The notes under the pieces are model-generated. The model ran no database searches and was not told the DNA's origin. It saw nothing but the letters and a program-made list of their open reading frames with translations. The position numbers and the translations under genes were made by a program. This document shows, one piece after another, positions 20,104 to 29,390 of a stretch of DNA of 64,000 nt (the first letter of the stretch is position 1; every line of letters starts with the position of its first letter). Source of the stretch: an uncultured delta proteobacterium (GTDB taxonomy: Bacteria > Myxococcota_A > Polyangia > Polyangiales > Polyangiaceae); assembly GCA_963763745.1 (NCBI GenBank), contig CAVXQJ010000016.1, forward strand, positions 257,029 through 321,028. Direction: 5' to 3'.

Positions 20104-21030
20104 ATGCGAACCATCCGTTTGCGTGTTTTTCCTGCGCAAGCGCCCTCGCGCCGCGACGTGCTCCGCTACATCGGTGGCGCGGTCGTCGCGACCGCAGTGC
20201 CGCCCGTCACGTTTCTTGGTTGCAGCTCGCCGCCCGCGCCCGTGCAAACGGGTTTCTTCACGGACGCGGAGCGCGCGGCGCTCGGCGCGCTCGCCAACGC
20301 GGTCGTTCCGCCCGACGACAAGCTCGGTGGAAAAGATCTCGGCGCGGTCCAGTTCATCGAACGATACCTCACGGCGTTCGATGCCGCCGACGCCACGCAC
20401 CCACCGCTCATCTACGGCGGCGGTCCGTTCTCGGGACGTGCGCCCTTCGCCGACGCGGACGGAAATCCATCGACCAACTTCCCGCAAAATTCCTTCGCGA
20501 AGTACTTGCCGCTCGATCAAGTGAAGGATGCGGGCTGGCGCATCCAACTCTTCGGCTCCGCCGCATTCAAGGCGGGCGCACCGAACGACGCGCTCCTCGG
20601 AACCGTCACCGGTTTGCGCGATCAAATGAAGGCGGGCCTCGCCGACGCGATCAAAGGCGCGACGGACAACGGCTACGGCGATCTCGCGACGCTCGCGCCC
20701 GCCGATCTCGCCGCATACTTCAACACGCTCGAGCTCCCGTTCAAGAACCTCATCATCGATCTCGTCTCGCAAGCGTGCTTCTGTCCGCCCGAGTACGGCG
20801 GCAACTTGAACCTCGCGGGATGGGAGATGTGCCACTTCGAAGGCGATCAGCTCCCGCTCGGTTACAGCGTGTGGAGCACGTCGAAGAACGCGTACGTCGA
20901 GCGCGCCGACGCGCCGATGTCCACGCTCGGCGGACCCGATCCCGAGCCGCTCTCGCCAGACGTCGTCTCGTTCATCGACACGGTCGTCGCAACGCTCGGC
21001 TCGATGACCTACGGAGCAAAATTCTCATGA
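20104..21030 (+). CDS. Gluconate 2-dehydrogenase subunit 3-family protein (Tat-signal small subunit of a GMC oxidoreductase)
   Basis: Twin-arginine signal SRRDVLRYIGGAVVATAV; family-typical ...GGNLNLAGWEMCHFEGD... region; stop overlaps the start of the next gene (ATGA). Confidence 0.7.
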   Translation: MRTIRLRVFPAQAPSRRDVLRYIGGAVVATAVPPVTFLGCSSPPAPVQTGFFTDAERAALGALANAVVPPDDKLGGKDLGAVQFIERYLTAFDAADATHPPLIYGGGPFSGRAPFADADGNPSTNFPQNSFAKYLPLDQVKDAGWRIQLFGSAAFKAGAPNDALLGTVTGLRDQMKAGLADAIKGATDNGYGDLATLAPADLAAYFNTLELPFKNLIIDLVSQACFCPPEYGGNLNLAGWEMCHFEGDQLPLGYSVWSTSKNAYVERADAPMSTLGGPDPEPLSPDVVSFIDTVVATLGSMTYGAKFS

Positions 21031-22788
21031 GCGCGCGCATCGTTGGAAATTCCTCTCTGAGCGGCGGCACGTTCGACGTCATCGTCATCGGCAGCGGCGC
21101 GGGCGGTGGACCCGTCGCGTACCTCTGCGCGAAGAGCGGCCTCAAGGTGCTCGTCATCGAAGCGGGCCCGAACCACTATGACTCGCTCGACGATCCGAAT
21201 CAGCAGCCCGTTCCCGAGCACGCGAACGACGAGCTCAAGTACCAAGTGCGGAGCTTCATCGACGTCGACGAGCGCATGGACCCGCGCGCGTGGCGCACGG
21301 CGCCGAGCGACGGCGATCGCCTCTCCGTCGGCGACGTGAACGGTCTGCCGAAACACGTCGGCGGCGGCATGGTCCACGCGGACGTGAAGATGCCGCGCTT
21401 CGAGCCGCAAGATTTCATGATGGCGACGCTCCTCGGAAACAAGGTGCAGAATGCAAGCTTCGCCGATTGGCCGATCGCGTACACGGATCTCGAGCCGTTC
21501 TACGCGTACGCGGAGGTGCAGCTCGGCGTGCAAGGACTGAAGGGCGCGAATCCTTTCGAGCCGACGCGCAGCACCGACTACCCGATGCCGCCTGGCGTGC
21601 CGATGTACCTCTCGACGGTGATGAAGACCGCGCTCGCGTCGAGCGGGTACACGGGGTTTCCATATCCGACCGCGGTGAACTCGCAGCCGTACGACGGCCG
21701 GCCCGCGTGCGCCGACTGCGGCTACTGCAGCGACTACGGCTGCCCGATCAACGCGAAGGGCTCCGCCGCAGTCACGATGCTCCGCAAGGCGCTGCTGACG
21801 AACAATTGTCTCCTCCTCGCGGAGACGCGCGTGACGAAGCTCGTGATGAACGGCGCGAAGGACACCGTCACCGCCGTCGAGTGCATCGATCCGAACGGCA
21901 ACGTCGTTCAATACTCCGCGACGCGCTACGTCCTCGCCGCGAGCCCGATCGAAGACGCGCGACTCCTCTTGCTCTCCGATCCGGGAGGATCCGGCGTTGG
22001 AAACTCGAGCGACATGGTCGGTCGCAACTTGATGTTCCACTTGCAGACGTCGTGTGTCGGCATCTTCAACGACCGCTTGCATGGTCACCGCGGTCGCACG
22101 GTCGATCACGGCTTCGCGCGATTTTCGCGGGAGCGCCGCGAATTACGATCCGAACGATGCATCGACCGCGCTCGGCGGCATCGTCGAGATTTCCGGGAGC
22201 GAGCGCCCGATCAACGAGGCGCAGTACTACGCGCAGATCATCCGCATCGCTTTCGCGTTCGACGGTGGTCTCTTCAAGAAGATGATGCGGCAGTCGCCGT
22301 TCCGCGATCGCATCATCGTGCTCACGATGCAGGCCGAGGACGCGCCACAGTTGACGAACCGCGTCGATCTCGATCCGCAAGTCGTCGACTGGTTCGGAAC
22401 GCCCGCGCCGCGCGTCACGTACGCGAACCATCCGTACGAGCTCGCGGCGAGCGCTTATCGCGGCAAGATGATGGTCGACGTCAAGGACACGAACGGCAAG
22501 GGCGCGATCTTCAAGAACGCGGGCGCGCGTTGGGCCGCGGTCACCCCGCGCGACACGATCCCCGGAAGCGCGCACATCATGGGCACGCTTCGCTTCGGGA
22601 GCGATCCGGCGCAATCCGTCTGCGACAAGACGGGCAAGCTCCACGACATCCAGAATTTGTACTGCAGCGACGGCGCTCTCTTCCCGACGTCGAGCGGCTA
22701 CAACCCGACGATGACGATCTGCGCGCTCGCGTGCTGGGTCGGCGCGAACATGGTGTCGCCGAACAATCCGCTCCAGGCGCTCACGTGA
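21027..22788 (+). CDS. GMC-family FAD-dependent oxidoreductase (gluconate 2-dehydrogenase-like large subunit) with an apparent 1-nt frameshift near 22118
   Basis: FAD-binding fingerprint DVIVIGSGAGGG. N-terminal part in one frame to ...LHGHRGRTVDHGF; the C-terminal part ...RDFRGSAANYDPNDA...GSAHIMGTLRFGSDP... continues in the next frame. Junction is at GGCTTCGCGCGATTTTCG. Confidence 0.8.
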
Positions 22789-24125
22789 CCAGCGATCTCG
22801 CTCGCGCGCTCGTCGTGCTCGCCGAGGCGCTCGTCACGGGCAAGCGCGTGCTCGTCATCGGCGATTCGTCGCTCGCGCTGCACGAGCTCTTGACCGAAAT
22901 GGGCGCGCGCCTCGTTCATGTTTACGATCCCGACGAGAGTCGCGCGCTCGCGCAGACGCCCCCGCACGCGCGCGGAACGGTGCTCCGCGGAATGCCCGAA
23001 GGGGACTTCGACGTGCGCGACGGCGCGTTCGATCTCGCGATCGTTCCGGATCTCGCCGCGATGTCGGACGCCGCCGCGCTCCTCGCGCGTCTTCGTCGCG
23101 TCGTCGGCGCGGAGGGCGCGGTGCTGTGCGCCGCGCTCAATCGTGATGGGCGCGACGCGGAAGACGCGAAGGGCTCGACGCTCGACTATTACGAGCTCTA
23201 CGATCTCGTCTCGCTGCAGTTCGCGAGCGTGCGCATGATCGCGGCGATGCCGTTCGTCGGCGTCACGCTCGCGGAGCTCGGACAAGACGAGGTCGACAGC
23301 GCCGTGCGCGTAGACGCGCAGCTCGTCACGGAGAGGCCGCCGCCGAGCGCGTTCTTGGCGCTCGCATCGCAGGCCGACGTGGCCCTCGATGCGTACGCGG
23401 TGATCGAGACGGGCGCGCCGGCGACCGTCGCTGCGCCGCGCGACGATTCGCACGCCGCGGAGCTCGCACAGGCCCGCTTGCGCGCCGATGCGCTCGCGGC
23501 GCAAGTCGACGAGCTCGCTCACGCGCGGAGCGCTCGCGTGCGCGCCGAAGAAGAAACGCGTCGCGCGATGGAAGCGCTCGACGTGGAACGCGAGCGCTCA
23601 GCGCGCCTCGAACGCGAGCTCGATGCGGCGCGACGTCACGCAGCGGTCGACACGACCGCCGAGATCGCGGGAGAGCTCGCGCAAACACAAATCCGCGCGG
23701 CCGCGCTCGAAGAAGGCGTTGCGCTCGCGGAGAAGACGATCGTGGTTCAGCGAGAGCGCATCGCGGAGCTCGAAGCGGAGCTCGTCGCGATTCCGCCGCC
23801 CGCGCCACCGCCGCCTCCTCCTCCTCCCGAACCCGAGACGGACGACGCGCGAGAGCTCGAAGCGAAGTTGCGCGAACGCGGCGAGCACGTCGCGGAGCTC
23901 GAGGGAGAGCTCGCGCGGCGCGAGAAGCTCGTGAAGGAGCTCGTCGCGCGCCTCGGCGAAGGCGAGGTCGATCCCACGCTCGCCGCGAAGCTCGACGAGC
24001 TCGCGCTCCTCGCCGCGCATCAACGCAGCGAGCTCGAAGCGCGCGCATGGCGCATCGCCGAGCTCGAGCGCGCAGCGTCGAAAAACGCCCCGCCAAAAGA
24101 CGAGCTGAAAAACGCGACGTCGTGA
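22785..24125 (+). CDS. Hypothetical protein: Rossmann/methyltransferase-like N-terminal part followed by a long coiled coil with a polyproline insert
   Basis: GTG overlaps the upstream stop (GTGA). N-terminal part KRVLVIGDSSLALHEL...FDLAIVPD...; C-terminal part has heptad-like E/R/A/L-rich sequence and a PPPAPPPPPPPPEPE run. Confidence 0.55.
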   Translation: MTSDLARALVVLAEALVTGKRVLVIGDSSLALHELLTEMGARLVHVYDPDESRALAQTPPHARGTVLRGMPEGDFDVRDGAFDLAIVPDLAAMSDAAALLARLRRVVGAEGAVLCAALNRDGRDAEDAKGSTLDYYELYDLVSLQFASVRMIAAMPFVGVTLAELGQDEVDSAVRVDAQLVTERPPPSAFLALASQADVALDAYAVIETGAPATVAAPRDDSHAAELAQARLRADALAAQVDELAHARSARVRAEEETRRAMEALDVERERSARLERELDAARRHAAVDTTAEIAGELAQTQIRAAALEEGVALAEKTIVVQRERIAELEAELVAIPPPAPPPPPPPPEPETDDARELEAKLRERGEHVAELEGELARREKLVKELVARLGEGEVDPTLAAKLDELALLAAHQRSELEARAWRIAELERAASKNAPPKDELKNATS

Positions 24126-24166
24126 ACAGCTGATAGAATGTGGGCTGCGCTTCCCGTGCGCGGCCG

Positions 24167-25561
24167 ATGAGCAATCTCCACCAGTCCGTCGTCGACCAAG
24201 TGCGTGCACGCCTCGGCACGACGCTGAACACGTGGCGCGTCGACGCGCTCATCGGCATGGGCGGAATGGCGGCCGTCTACGCGGCGACGGATAGCAGCGG
24301 CAGACGCGTCGCGATCAAAGTGCTCCACACGGCGCTCTCGATCAACGACGGCGTGCGCAAGCGCTTCGCGCGCGAAGGCCAAGCCGCGAATTCAATCGGA
24401 CACGCCGGCATCGCGCGCGTGATCGAAGATGGCGTCGCGCCCGACGGCTCTGCGTTCTTGGTGATGGAGCTCCTCGAAGGCGAGACCGCCGCCGCGCGCG
24501 CCGAGCGTCACGGCGGAAAGCTCCCCGTGCACGAAGTCGCGTATATCGGCGAAGCCGTCGCCGAGGTCCTCGCCGCCGCGCACGCGAAGAACATCATCCA
24601 TCGCGACGTCAAACCCGACAACGTGTTCCTCACGTCGAGCGGGCGCATCGTCGTGCTCGACTTCGGCATCGCGCGCATCGAGGACGCGATGGGTCGCAGC
24701 GAATCCGGCACGCGCACCGGAACGATGATGGGCACGCCCGCGTTCATGCCGCCGGAGCAAGCGCGTGGCCGCGCGAACGAAATGGATCAAGCGAGCGACG
24801 TTTGGGCGCTCGGCGCGACGCTCTTCTGGCTCGCGTCGGGTCGCGTCGTGCACGAAGCAGAGACGCCCAACGAGCAGCTCGTCGCGGCCGCGACGCTTCC
24901 GGCGGCATCGCTCGCGCGCATCGCGCCCGACGTGCCCGCTCCGCTCGTCACCGTCATCGACAAGGCGCTCGAGTTCACGAAAGAGAATCGATTCGCGGAC
25001 GCCGTCGCGATGAAGCACGCGCTCCACGCTGCGGTGCTCGCGGTCTCGTGGGGCGTTCTCCCGAGCCTCGACGGCGATTCGACCGTCGCGGAGCCCGCGA
25101 AGAAATACACGCCGCTCGCCGCGAAGCTCAAGCCGTCGGGTCTCGACGACGCGACGACGCTCGCGATGAAGAGCCCGATCGGCTCGATGGGAGCGAGCGC
25201 GCGCGGACCGACGATCGGCCCGGTCGAAGTTCCGCCGGAGCAGCGCACGTCGAAGTTCCTGCGCGCGGCGGCGCTCGGCGCGCTGTTCGGTGCGGTGGTT
25301 CTCGTCGTCGCGGGTTTGATCGGACGACGCATGATGACGCACGAGCCCGAGGTCGCCGCATCGAGCGTCAGCGCGCCGGCGCTCGCGTCCGCGCCCGCGG
25401 CTGCATCCATCGGGTCGGCGACTACGGTGGCGAGCGTGAGCTTGCCCGTCGTCGAAGCCGTGCCGAGCGCGACGGCGAGCACATCCACGAGCACGACCAC
25501 GACCACGGTCACGACCACACCTGTGACGACGAGGAAAAATTGGCTCGATCGTCGAAAGTGA
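24167..25561 (+). CDS. Hanks-type Ser/Thr protein kinase with a C-terminal TM anchor and Ser/Thr-rich tail
   Basis: GMGGMAAVY...AIKVL (P-loop and Lys), HRDVKPDNVFL catalytic loop, DFG, ...GTPAFMPPE; TM segment FLRAAALGALFGAVVLVVAGLIG. Confidence 0.85.
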   Translation: MSNLHQSVVDQVRARLGTTLNTWRVDALIGMGGMAAVYAATDSSGRRVAIKVLHTALSINDGVRKRFAREGQAANSIGHAGIARVIEDGVAPDGSAFLVMELLEGETAAARAERHGGKLPVHEVAYIGEAVAEVLAAAHAKNIIHRDVKPDNVFLTSSGRIVVLDFGIARIEDAMGRSESGTRTGTMMGTPAFMPPEQARGRANEMDQASDVWALGATLFWLASGRVVHEAETPNEQLVAAATLPAASLARIAPDVPAPLVTVIDKALEFTKENRFADAVAMKHALHAAVLAVSWGVLPSLDGDSTVAEPAKKYTPLAAKLKPSGLDDATTLAMKSPIGSMGASARGPTIGPVEVPPEQRTSKFLRAAALGALFGAVVLVVAGLIGRRMMTHEPEVAASSVSAPALASAPAAASIGSATTVASVSLPVVEAVPSATASTSTSTTTTTVTTTPVTTRKNWLDRRK

Positions 25562-26445
25562 TCGCAGCGCTGCTCTTCACTGCGGCGACGGCGCGCGCGG
25601 ACGGCAGCGCGGTCGATCAGGCCGACCGCCTCTTCAACGACGGCCGGCGCGCCGCGGAGACGCGCGACTACGCGCGCGCATGCAAGCTCTTCGAAGAGAG
25701 CTTTCGCCTCGATCCCGCCATCGGCACGCTCATCAACCTCGGCGATTGCGCCGAGCATACGGGTGACCTCGAGCGCGCAATCGCCGCGTATCACACCGCG
25801 CAGGCGCGCATGACGCCGGGCGACGATCGAGCGCCGCGCGTTCGCGAGCGCATCGAGCACATCGAAGCGCACGCGGCGAAGCTCACGCTCAACCTCGAAG
25901 GCGCGGAAGGCGCGGTCGCCACGCTCGACGGCGCGATCGTCGATCCGAAGAAATCGCCGCTGCATGTCGCGGCGGGCGCGCACGTCGTCCTCGTGACCGC
26001 CGTCGGTTACAGCGGCGCGCGCTTCGCGCTCACGCTCGCGGATGGCGAGTCGCGCGCGCTCTCGCTCTCGCCGGGCGGACCGCTCGAAGCCGTCCTCCCG
26101 ACCACCTCCGTGAGCACCGGCGCGCCGTCGTGGATGACGCCCACCGCGATCGGCGCGCTCGGCGTCGGCGTCGCGAGCGCGTGGATCGGAAGCCTCGCGG
26201 GCTTGACGGCGATCGATCGGCGCGACGTACAACGCGCAAGCTGCAACGCCGCAAACGTGTGCACGCAAGCGGGATTCGACGCCGCGCGCGATGGTGCGGC
26301 GTGGGCCACGGCGAGCACGATCGCGTTCGTCGTGAGCGGAGTGCTCCTCGCGGCTGGCGGCTCGCTCCTCGTGATTTCGCTCGCACACCGCGGCAAGACC
26401 ACGATCGCGTTCGGTCCTTTCTTCGCGCAAGGGCGGTTCGAATGA
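25558..26445 (+). CDS. Membrane protein with an N-terminal TPR-like helical domain, hypothetical
   Basis: GTG overlaps the kinase stop (GTGA). Signal peptide; helical repeat region ...ACKLFEESFRLDPAIGTLINLGDCAEHTGDLERAIAAY...; C-terminal TM helices. Confidence 0.5.
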   Translation: MIAALLFTAATARADGSAVDQADRLFNDGRRAAETRDYARACKLFEESFRLDPAIGTLINLGDCAEHTGDLERAIAAYHTAQARMTPGDDRAPRVRERIEHIEAHAAKLTLNLEGAEGAVATLDGAIVDPKKSPLHVAAGAHVVLVTAVGYSGARFALTLADGESRALSLSPGGPLEAVLPTTSVSTGAPSWMTPTAIGALGVGVASAWIGSLAGLTAIDRRDVQRASCNAANVCTQAGFDAARDGAAWATASTIAFVVSGVLLAAGGSLLVISLAHRGKTTIAFGPFFAQGRFE

Positions 26446-27323
26446 AGCGCGCGTTCGTCCTCGTGCTGGTCCCGCTCTTCGGGTGCGCTGCGATCATTGG
26501 CGCGAGCTTCGACGGTGCGACGCTCGTCGATGCAAGCGACGACGCCGAAGGCGGCGCGATCTTTTCGGAGGGCTCGACGGACGTGCAGAAGCCCCCGTTC
26601 GATCCCAAGTCGATCGCAGGTCTCGAGTTTTGGATCGATGCGACACGCAGCGTCGACACGAACGGCGGTTCCGGTCCCGTCACGAGATGGCACGACCTCA
26701 GCACGTTCGCGCGCGATGCGCTCCCGACGAACGTGCCGAACACGAACGCACCGACGCTCGTCCCGAATTCGATCAATGGATTGCCCGCCGTCCATTTCAC
26801 CGCGAGCCAGCTCGACATCTTGCAGTCGAGCTTCACCGGTCCCGGCACCTCGAGCCTCACCATCTTCCTCGTCGCACGCGGTTACGCGGAGTCGGCGATT
26901 CGCTTTCAGAGCGCGACGAACACGTACCCGTTCGTGCTTTTCCCGGTCGACCTCAACCAAGATGCGTCGTCGCCGAGCTTCGCGCTGCTCGTCGGCGTTC
27001 CCGCGCAAACCTACACGACCATCCACGCCCACCTCGACGGCGGCGTCGCGCTCGCGAGCATGACGTGGAACGCGAACGGAACCGCGGCCGCGTATGACGA
27101 CGGCTTGGTGGTGGAGCAGCGTGTCGGGCTCGATCCCACGCTACCCGCCAACCAGACGTTGTGTCTCGGCGGGGTAGTGCCGCTCCTGGCGCAGCCCTAC
27201 ACGACGATCCCGTTCATGAACGGAGACCTCGCCGAAGCTTTGATCTACGGTGCGGCGCTCGGAAGCACCGACCGCGCCGCGGTCGAAGCGTATTTGCGAG
27301 CGAAATGGGGCATCTTTCCGTGA
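26442..27323 (+). CDS. Lipoprotein, possibly LamG/concanavalin-like fold, hypothetical
   Basis: ATG overlaps the upstream stop (ATGA). MKRAFVLVLVPLFGC lipobox; beta-rich sequence. The fold assignment is a guess. Confidence 0.5.
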   Translation: MKRAFVLVLVPLFGCAAIIGASFDGATLVDASDDAEGGAIFSEGSTDVQKPPFDPKSIAGLEFWIDATRSVDTNGGSGPVTRWHDLSTFARDALPTNVPNTNAPTLVPNSINGLPAVHFTASQLDILQSSFTGPGTSSLTIFLVARGYAESAIRFQSATNTYPFVLFPVDLNQDASSPSFALLVGVPAQTYTTIHAHLDGGVALASMTWNANGTAAAYDDGLVVEQRVGLDPTLPANQTLCLGGVVPLLAQPYTTIPFMNGDLAEALIYGAALGSTDRAAVEAYLRAKWGIFP

Positions 27324-27332
27324 GGATGAACG

Positions 27333-27338
27333 TTGACA
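27333..27338 (+). promoter_or_regulatory. TTGACA hexamer 43 nt upstream of the dnaJ start; a candidate -35 element
   Basis: A canonical sigma70 -35 hexamer is rare in this GC-rich DNA. No convincing -10 is seen at 17 bp spacing (ACCTTG), so the call is weak. Confidence 0.2.
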
Positions 27339-27380
27339 CCTTAAGCTATCGACTTACCTTGCCCATCGGCGATTTGCGTC

Positions 27381-28478
27381 ATGGGTGAGAAGCGCTGTTT
27401 CTACGAAGTGCTCGGCGTCGAACGCGACGCCTCCAATGATGACATCCGCCGCGCGTACAAACGCGAAGCGCTCAAGCACCACCCCGACCGCAACCCCGGC
27501 GACGGTGAGGCTGAGGCCAAATTCAAATCGGCCAACGAAGCGTATCAAGTTCTCTCCGACGAAGAGAAACGCGGCGTCTACGATCGCTTCGGCCACGCAG
27601 GCCTCGAGGGCGGCGCAGGTCCGGGCGGCGGAATCGGCGACGTGCTCTCGCACATGCAGGATCTCTTCGCGGAGATGTTCTCGGGTCCGTTCGGCTTCGG
27701 CGGGCGCACCGCGCGGCGCGGCGGCGACCTGCGCGTGCAAGAACGCATCACGCTCGTCGAGGCCGCGTTCGGTTGCAAGCGCGAGGTGAACGTGCGCGCG
27801 CCCGGTCGCTGCGACGACTGCGAAGGCATGGGCGCAGCGAAGGGGACGAAGCCCGAGCAGTGCAGCGCGTGTCGCGGAACGGGGCAAGTATCGAACGCGC
27901 GCGGCTTCGTGATGTTCACCGCGCCGTGCGCCAAGTGCGGCGGGCGCGGCGTGTCGATCAAGACGCCTTGCAAGTCGTGCGCGGGTCAGGGCGTCGTCGA
28001 AAAGGCGCGCACGGTCACCGTCACGTTTCCCGCGGGCATCGACGCGGGCCAGCGTCTTCGCGTTCCCGGTCAGGGCGTCGCCGGGCCGAACGGCAGCGGT
28101 GATTTGTACGTCGACGTCGAAGTCGGCGACGACCCGCGCTTCGAACGCGACGGAGTCGATCTCGTCACGCGCGTGCACATCCCGTTCACCGTGGCTGCGC
28201 TCGGCGGCGAAGTGAGCGTTCCCGTGCTCGATCACGAGGACGCCACCAAAACGGAGACGGTGAAGATCTCCGCGGGCACACAGGGCGGACACGTCCTCAC
28301 GCTCAAGGGTCGCGGCGTGCCGCGGCTCGACGGTCGCGGTCGCGGCGCGCTGGTCGTGGAAGTGCGCGTCGACGTTCCAACCAAGCTCTCATCGCGCGCG
28401 AAGGAGCTCCTCGGCGAGCTCGACGACGAGCTCAACGGCCGCACGGCGACGGAGAGCCGCAAGATCGCGACGAAGTGA
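27381..28478 (+). CDS. dnaJ: Molecular chaperone DnaJ (Hsp40)
   Basis: J-domain with HPD (YKREALKHHPDRNP); Gly-rich region; four CxxCxGxG zinc-finger repeats (CDDCEGMG, CSACRGTG, CAKCGGRG, CKSCAGQG). Confidence 0.95.
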   Translation: MGEKRCFYEVLGVERDASNDDIRRAYKREALKHHPDRNPGDGEAEAKFKSANEAYQVLSDEEKRGVYDRFGHAGLEGGAGPGGGIGDVLSHMQDLFAEMFSGPFGFGGRTARRGGDLRVQERITLVEAAFGCKREVNVRAPGRCDDCEGMGAAKGTKPEQCSACRGTGQVSNARGFVMFTAPCAKCGGRGVSIKTPCKSCAGQGVVEKARTVTVTFPAGIDAGQRLRVPGQGVAGPNGSGDLYVDVEVGDDPRFERDGVDLVTRVHIPFTVAALGGEVSVPVLDHEDATKTETVKISAGTQGGHVLTLKGRGVPRLDGRGRGALVVEVRVDVPTKLSSRAKELLGELDDELNGRTATESRKIATK

Positions 28479-28483
28479 GAAAC

Positions 28484-28576
28484 CGCCAAGGCGCCAAAGC
28501 GCCAAGGAAACGCCAAAAGAATATTTAGGTGTAATCTACACCCACCTACTTCTTTTGGCGTCTTGGCGCCTTGGCG
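28484..28576. repeat. REP-like hairpin with tandem CGCCAAGG-type repeat arms between convergent dnaJ and the DUF1801 gene; the right arm encodes the last 9 codons of the DUF1801 gene
   Basis: Left arm CGCCAAGGCGCCAAAGCGCCAAGGAAACGCCAAAAGAA; loop TATTTAGGTGTAATCTACACCCACCTAC with an internal GGTGTA/TACACC palindrome; right arm TTCTTTTGGCGTCTTGGCGCCTTGGCG. Confidence 0.6.
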
Positions 28577-28935
28577 ATCTTCCTCTTCGTCTTCCCGATC
28601 TCCGCAAGGCGCGCCTTGACGAGCTTCTTCACGAGCGTTGCCGGCAGCGGCTCGTCGAGCGGGAAGTGGATCGCGCCGCTCGTCGTCTCGTACGCGGCGA
28701 GATCTTTCGCGAGCGCGCGGATCACTTTTCCGCTCATCGGGTAGTAGCTGCAGAACTTCGCGCCCGCGGAGTAACCGGCGATGCCTTTTTCGCCGACGAA
28801 CGCGGGAACGCCATACGAGAATCGTTCGACCGCGTCTTTGGGGCACGCCGCGCGCAGCGCGCGACGCACGCGGGTCAGCGTCGTACGCGCCGGCTCCCCG
28901 AGCTTCGCGAAGTACGCGTCGATTTCGCTCTTCAT
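28546..28935 (-). CDS. DUF1801 (YdhG-like) domain protein
   Basis: MKSEIDAYFAKLGEPARTTLTRVRRALRAACPKDAVERFSYGVPAF...; GGAGG RBS 6 nt upstream; Lys/Arg-rich C-terminal tail encoded by the repeat arm. Confidence 0.65.
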   Translation of the reverse strand: MKSEIDAYFAKLGEPARTTLTRVRRALRAACPKDAVERFSYGVPAFVGEKGIAGYSAGAKFCSYYPMSGKVIRALAKDLAAYETTSGAIHFPLDEPLPATLVKKLVKARLAEIGKTKRKIAKAPRRQKK

Positions 28936-29360
28936 GTTCGCCTCCTGAACCCGACGATCCACGCGATCGCCGCGGCGATCATCGGCACAACGACGAAGAT
29001 TTGCAACGCGACGAACACGCCGTCGTTTGCCGCTTTGCCTTGCACGTCGATCCCCGCCACGAACAGCGCCGCCTTCACCGCGGTGATGATCCAATTCGCA
29101 AACGACGACACGACGAGCACGATCGCGAGTCGCTTCTTGCCGGTCTCGCCGTACGAGAGCATCGGCATCGTCCAACCGACGGTCCCGAGGAGGAACGTTC
29201 CCATCAGCGCGTTCAAGTGCGACGCGAGCGCGGCGTGTCCGTCCACGTGGAGCTTCCCGCTCATCGCAGCCGCCGCGTAGATCCCCGTGAGGAGCGCGAT
29301 GAGCAGGAGCCACGCCGCGGCGAGCCCGACCGTGCGCTGCGCGGGTGATGATTCGGTCAT
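28932..29360 (-). CDS. Small integral membrane protein (4 TM), hypothetical
   Basis: MTESSPAQRTVGLAAAWLLLIALLTGIYAAAAMS..., 142 aa. Stop overlaps the DUF1801 start (ATGA). The N-terminal remainder of the 453-aa track ORF is antisense noise. Confidence 0.5.
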   Translation of the reverse strand: MTESSPAQRTVGLAAAWLLLIALLTGIYAAAAMSGKLHVDGHAALASHLNALMGTFLLGTVGWTMPMLSYGETGKKRLAIVLVVSSFANWIITAVKAALFVAGIDVQGKAANDGVFVALQIFVVVPMIAAAIAWIVGFRRRT

Positions 29361-29390
29361 GGCGATGGATGATACGCTCGAGGCTCGCGC

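Noticed and set aside
23790-23835. CCG/CCT-rich run suggestive of a microsatellite
   Set aside because: It is in frame within the coiled-coil protein and encodes a polyproline insert (PPPAPPPPPPPPEPE). It is a low-complexity coding feature, not an independent element.
27356-27366. Sigma-32-type -10 (CCCCAT-like: CTTGCCCAT) upstream of dnaJ
   Set aside because: Spacing from the TTGACA hexamer is 23 nt, which matches neither sigma70 nor E. coli sigma32 geometry. It is kept only as a weak -35 candidate in the features list.
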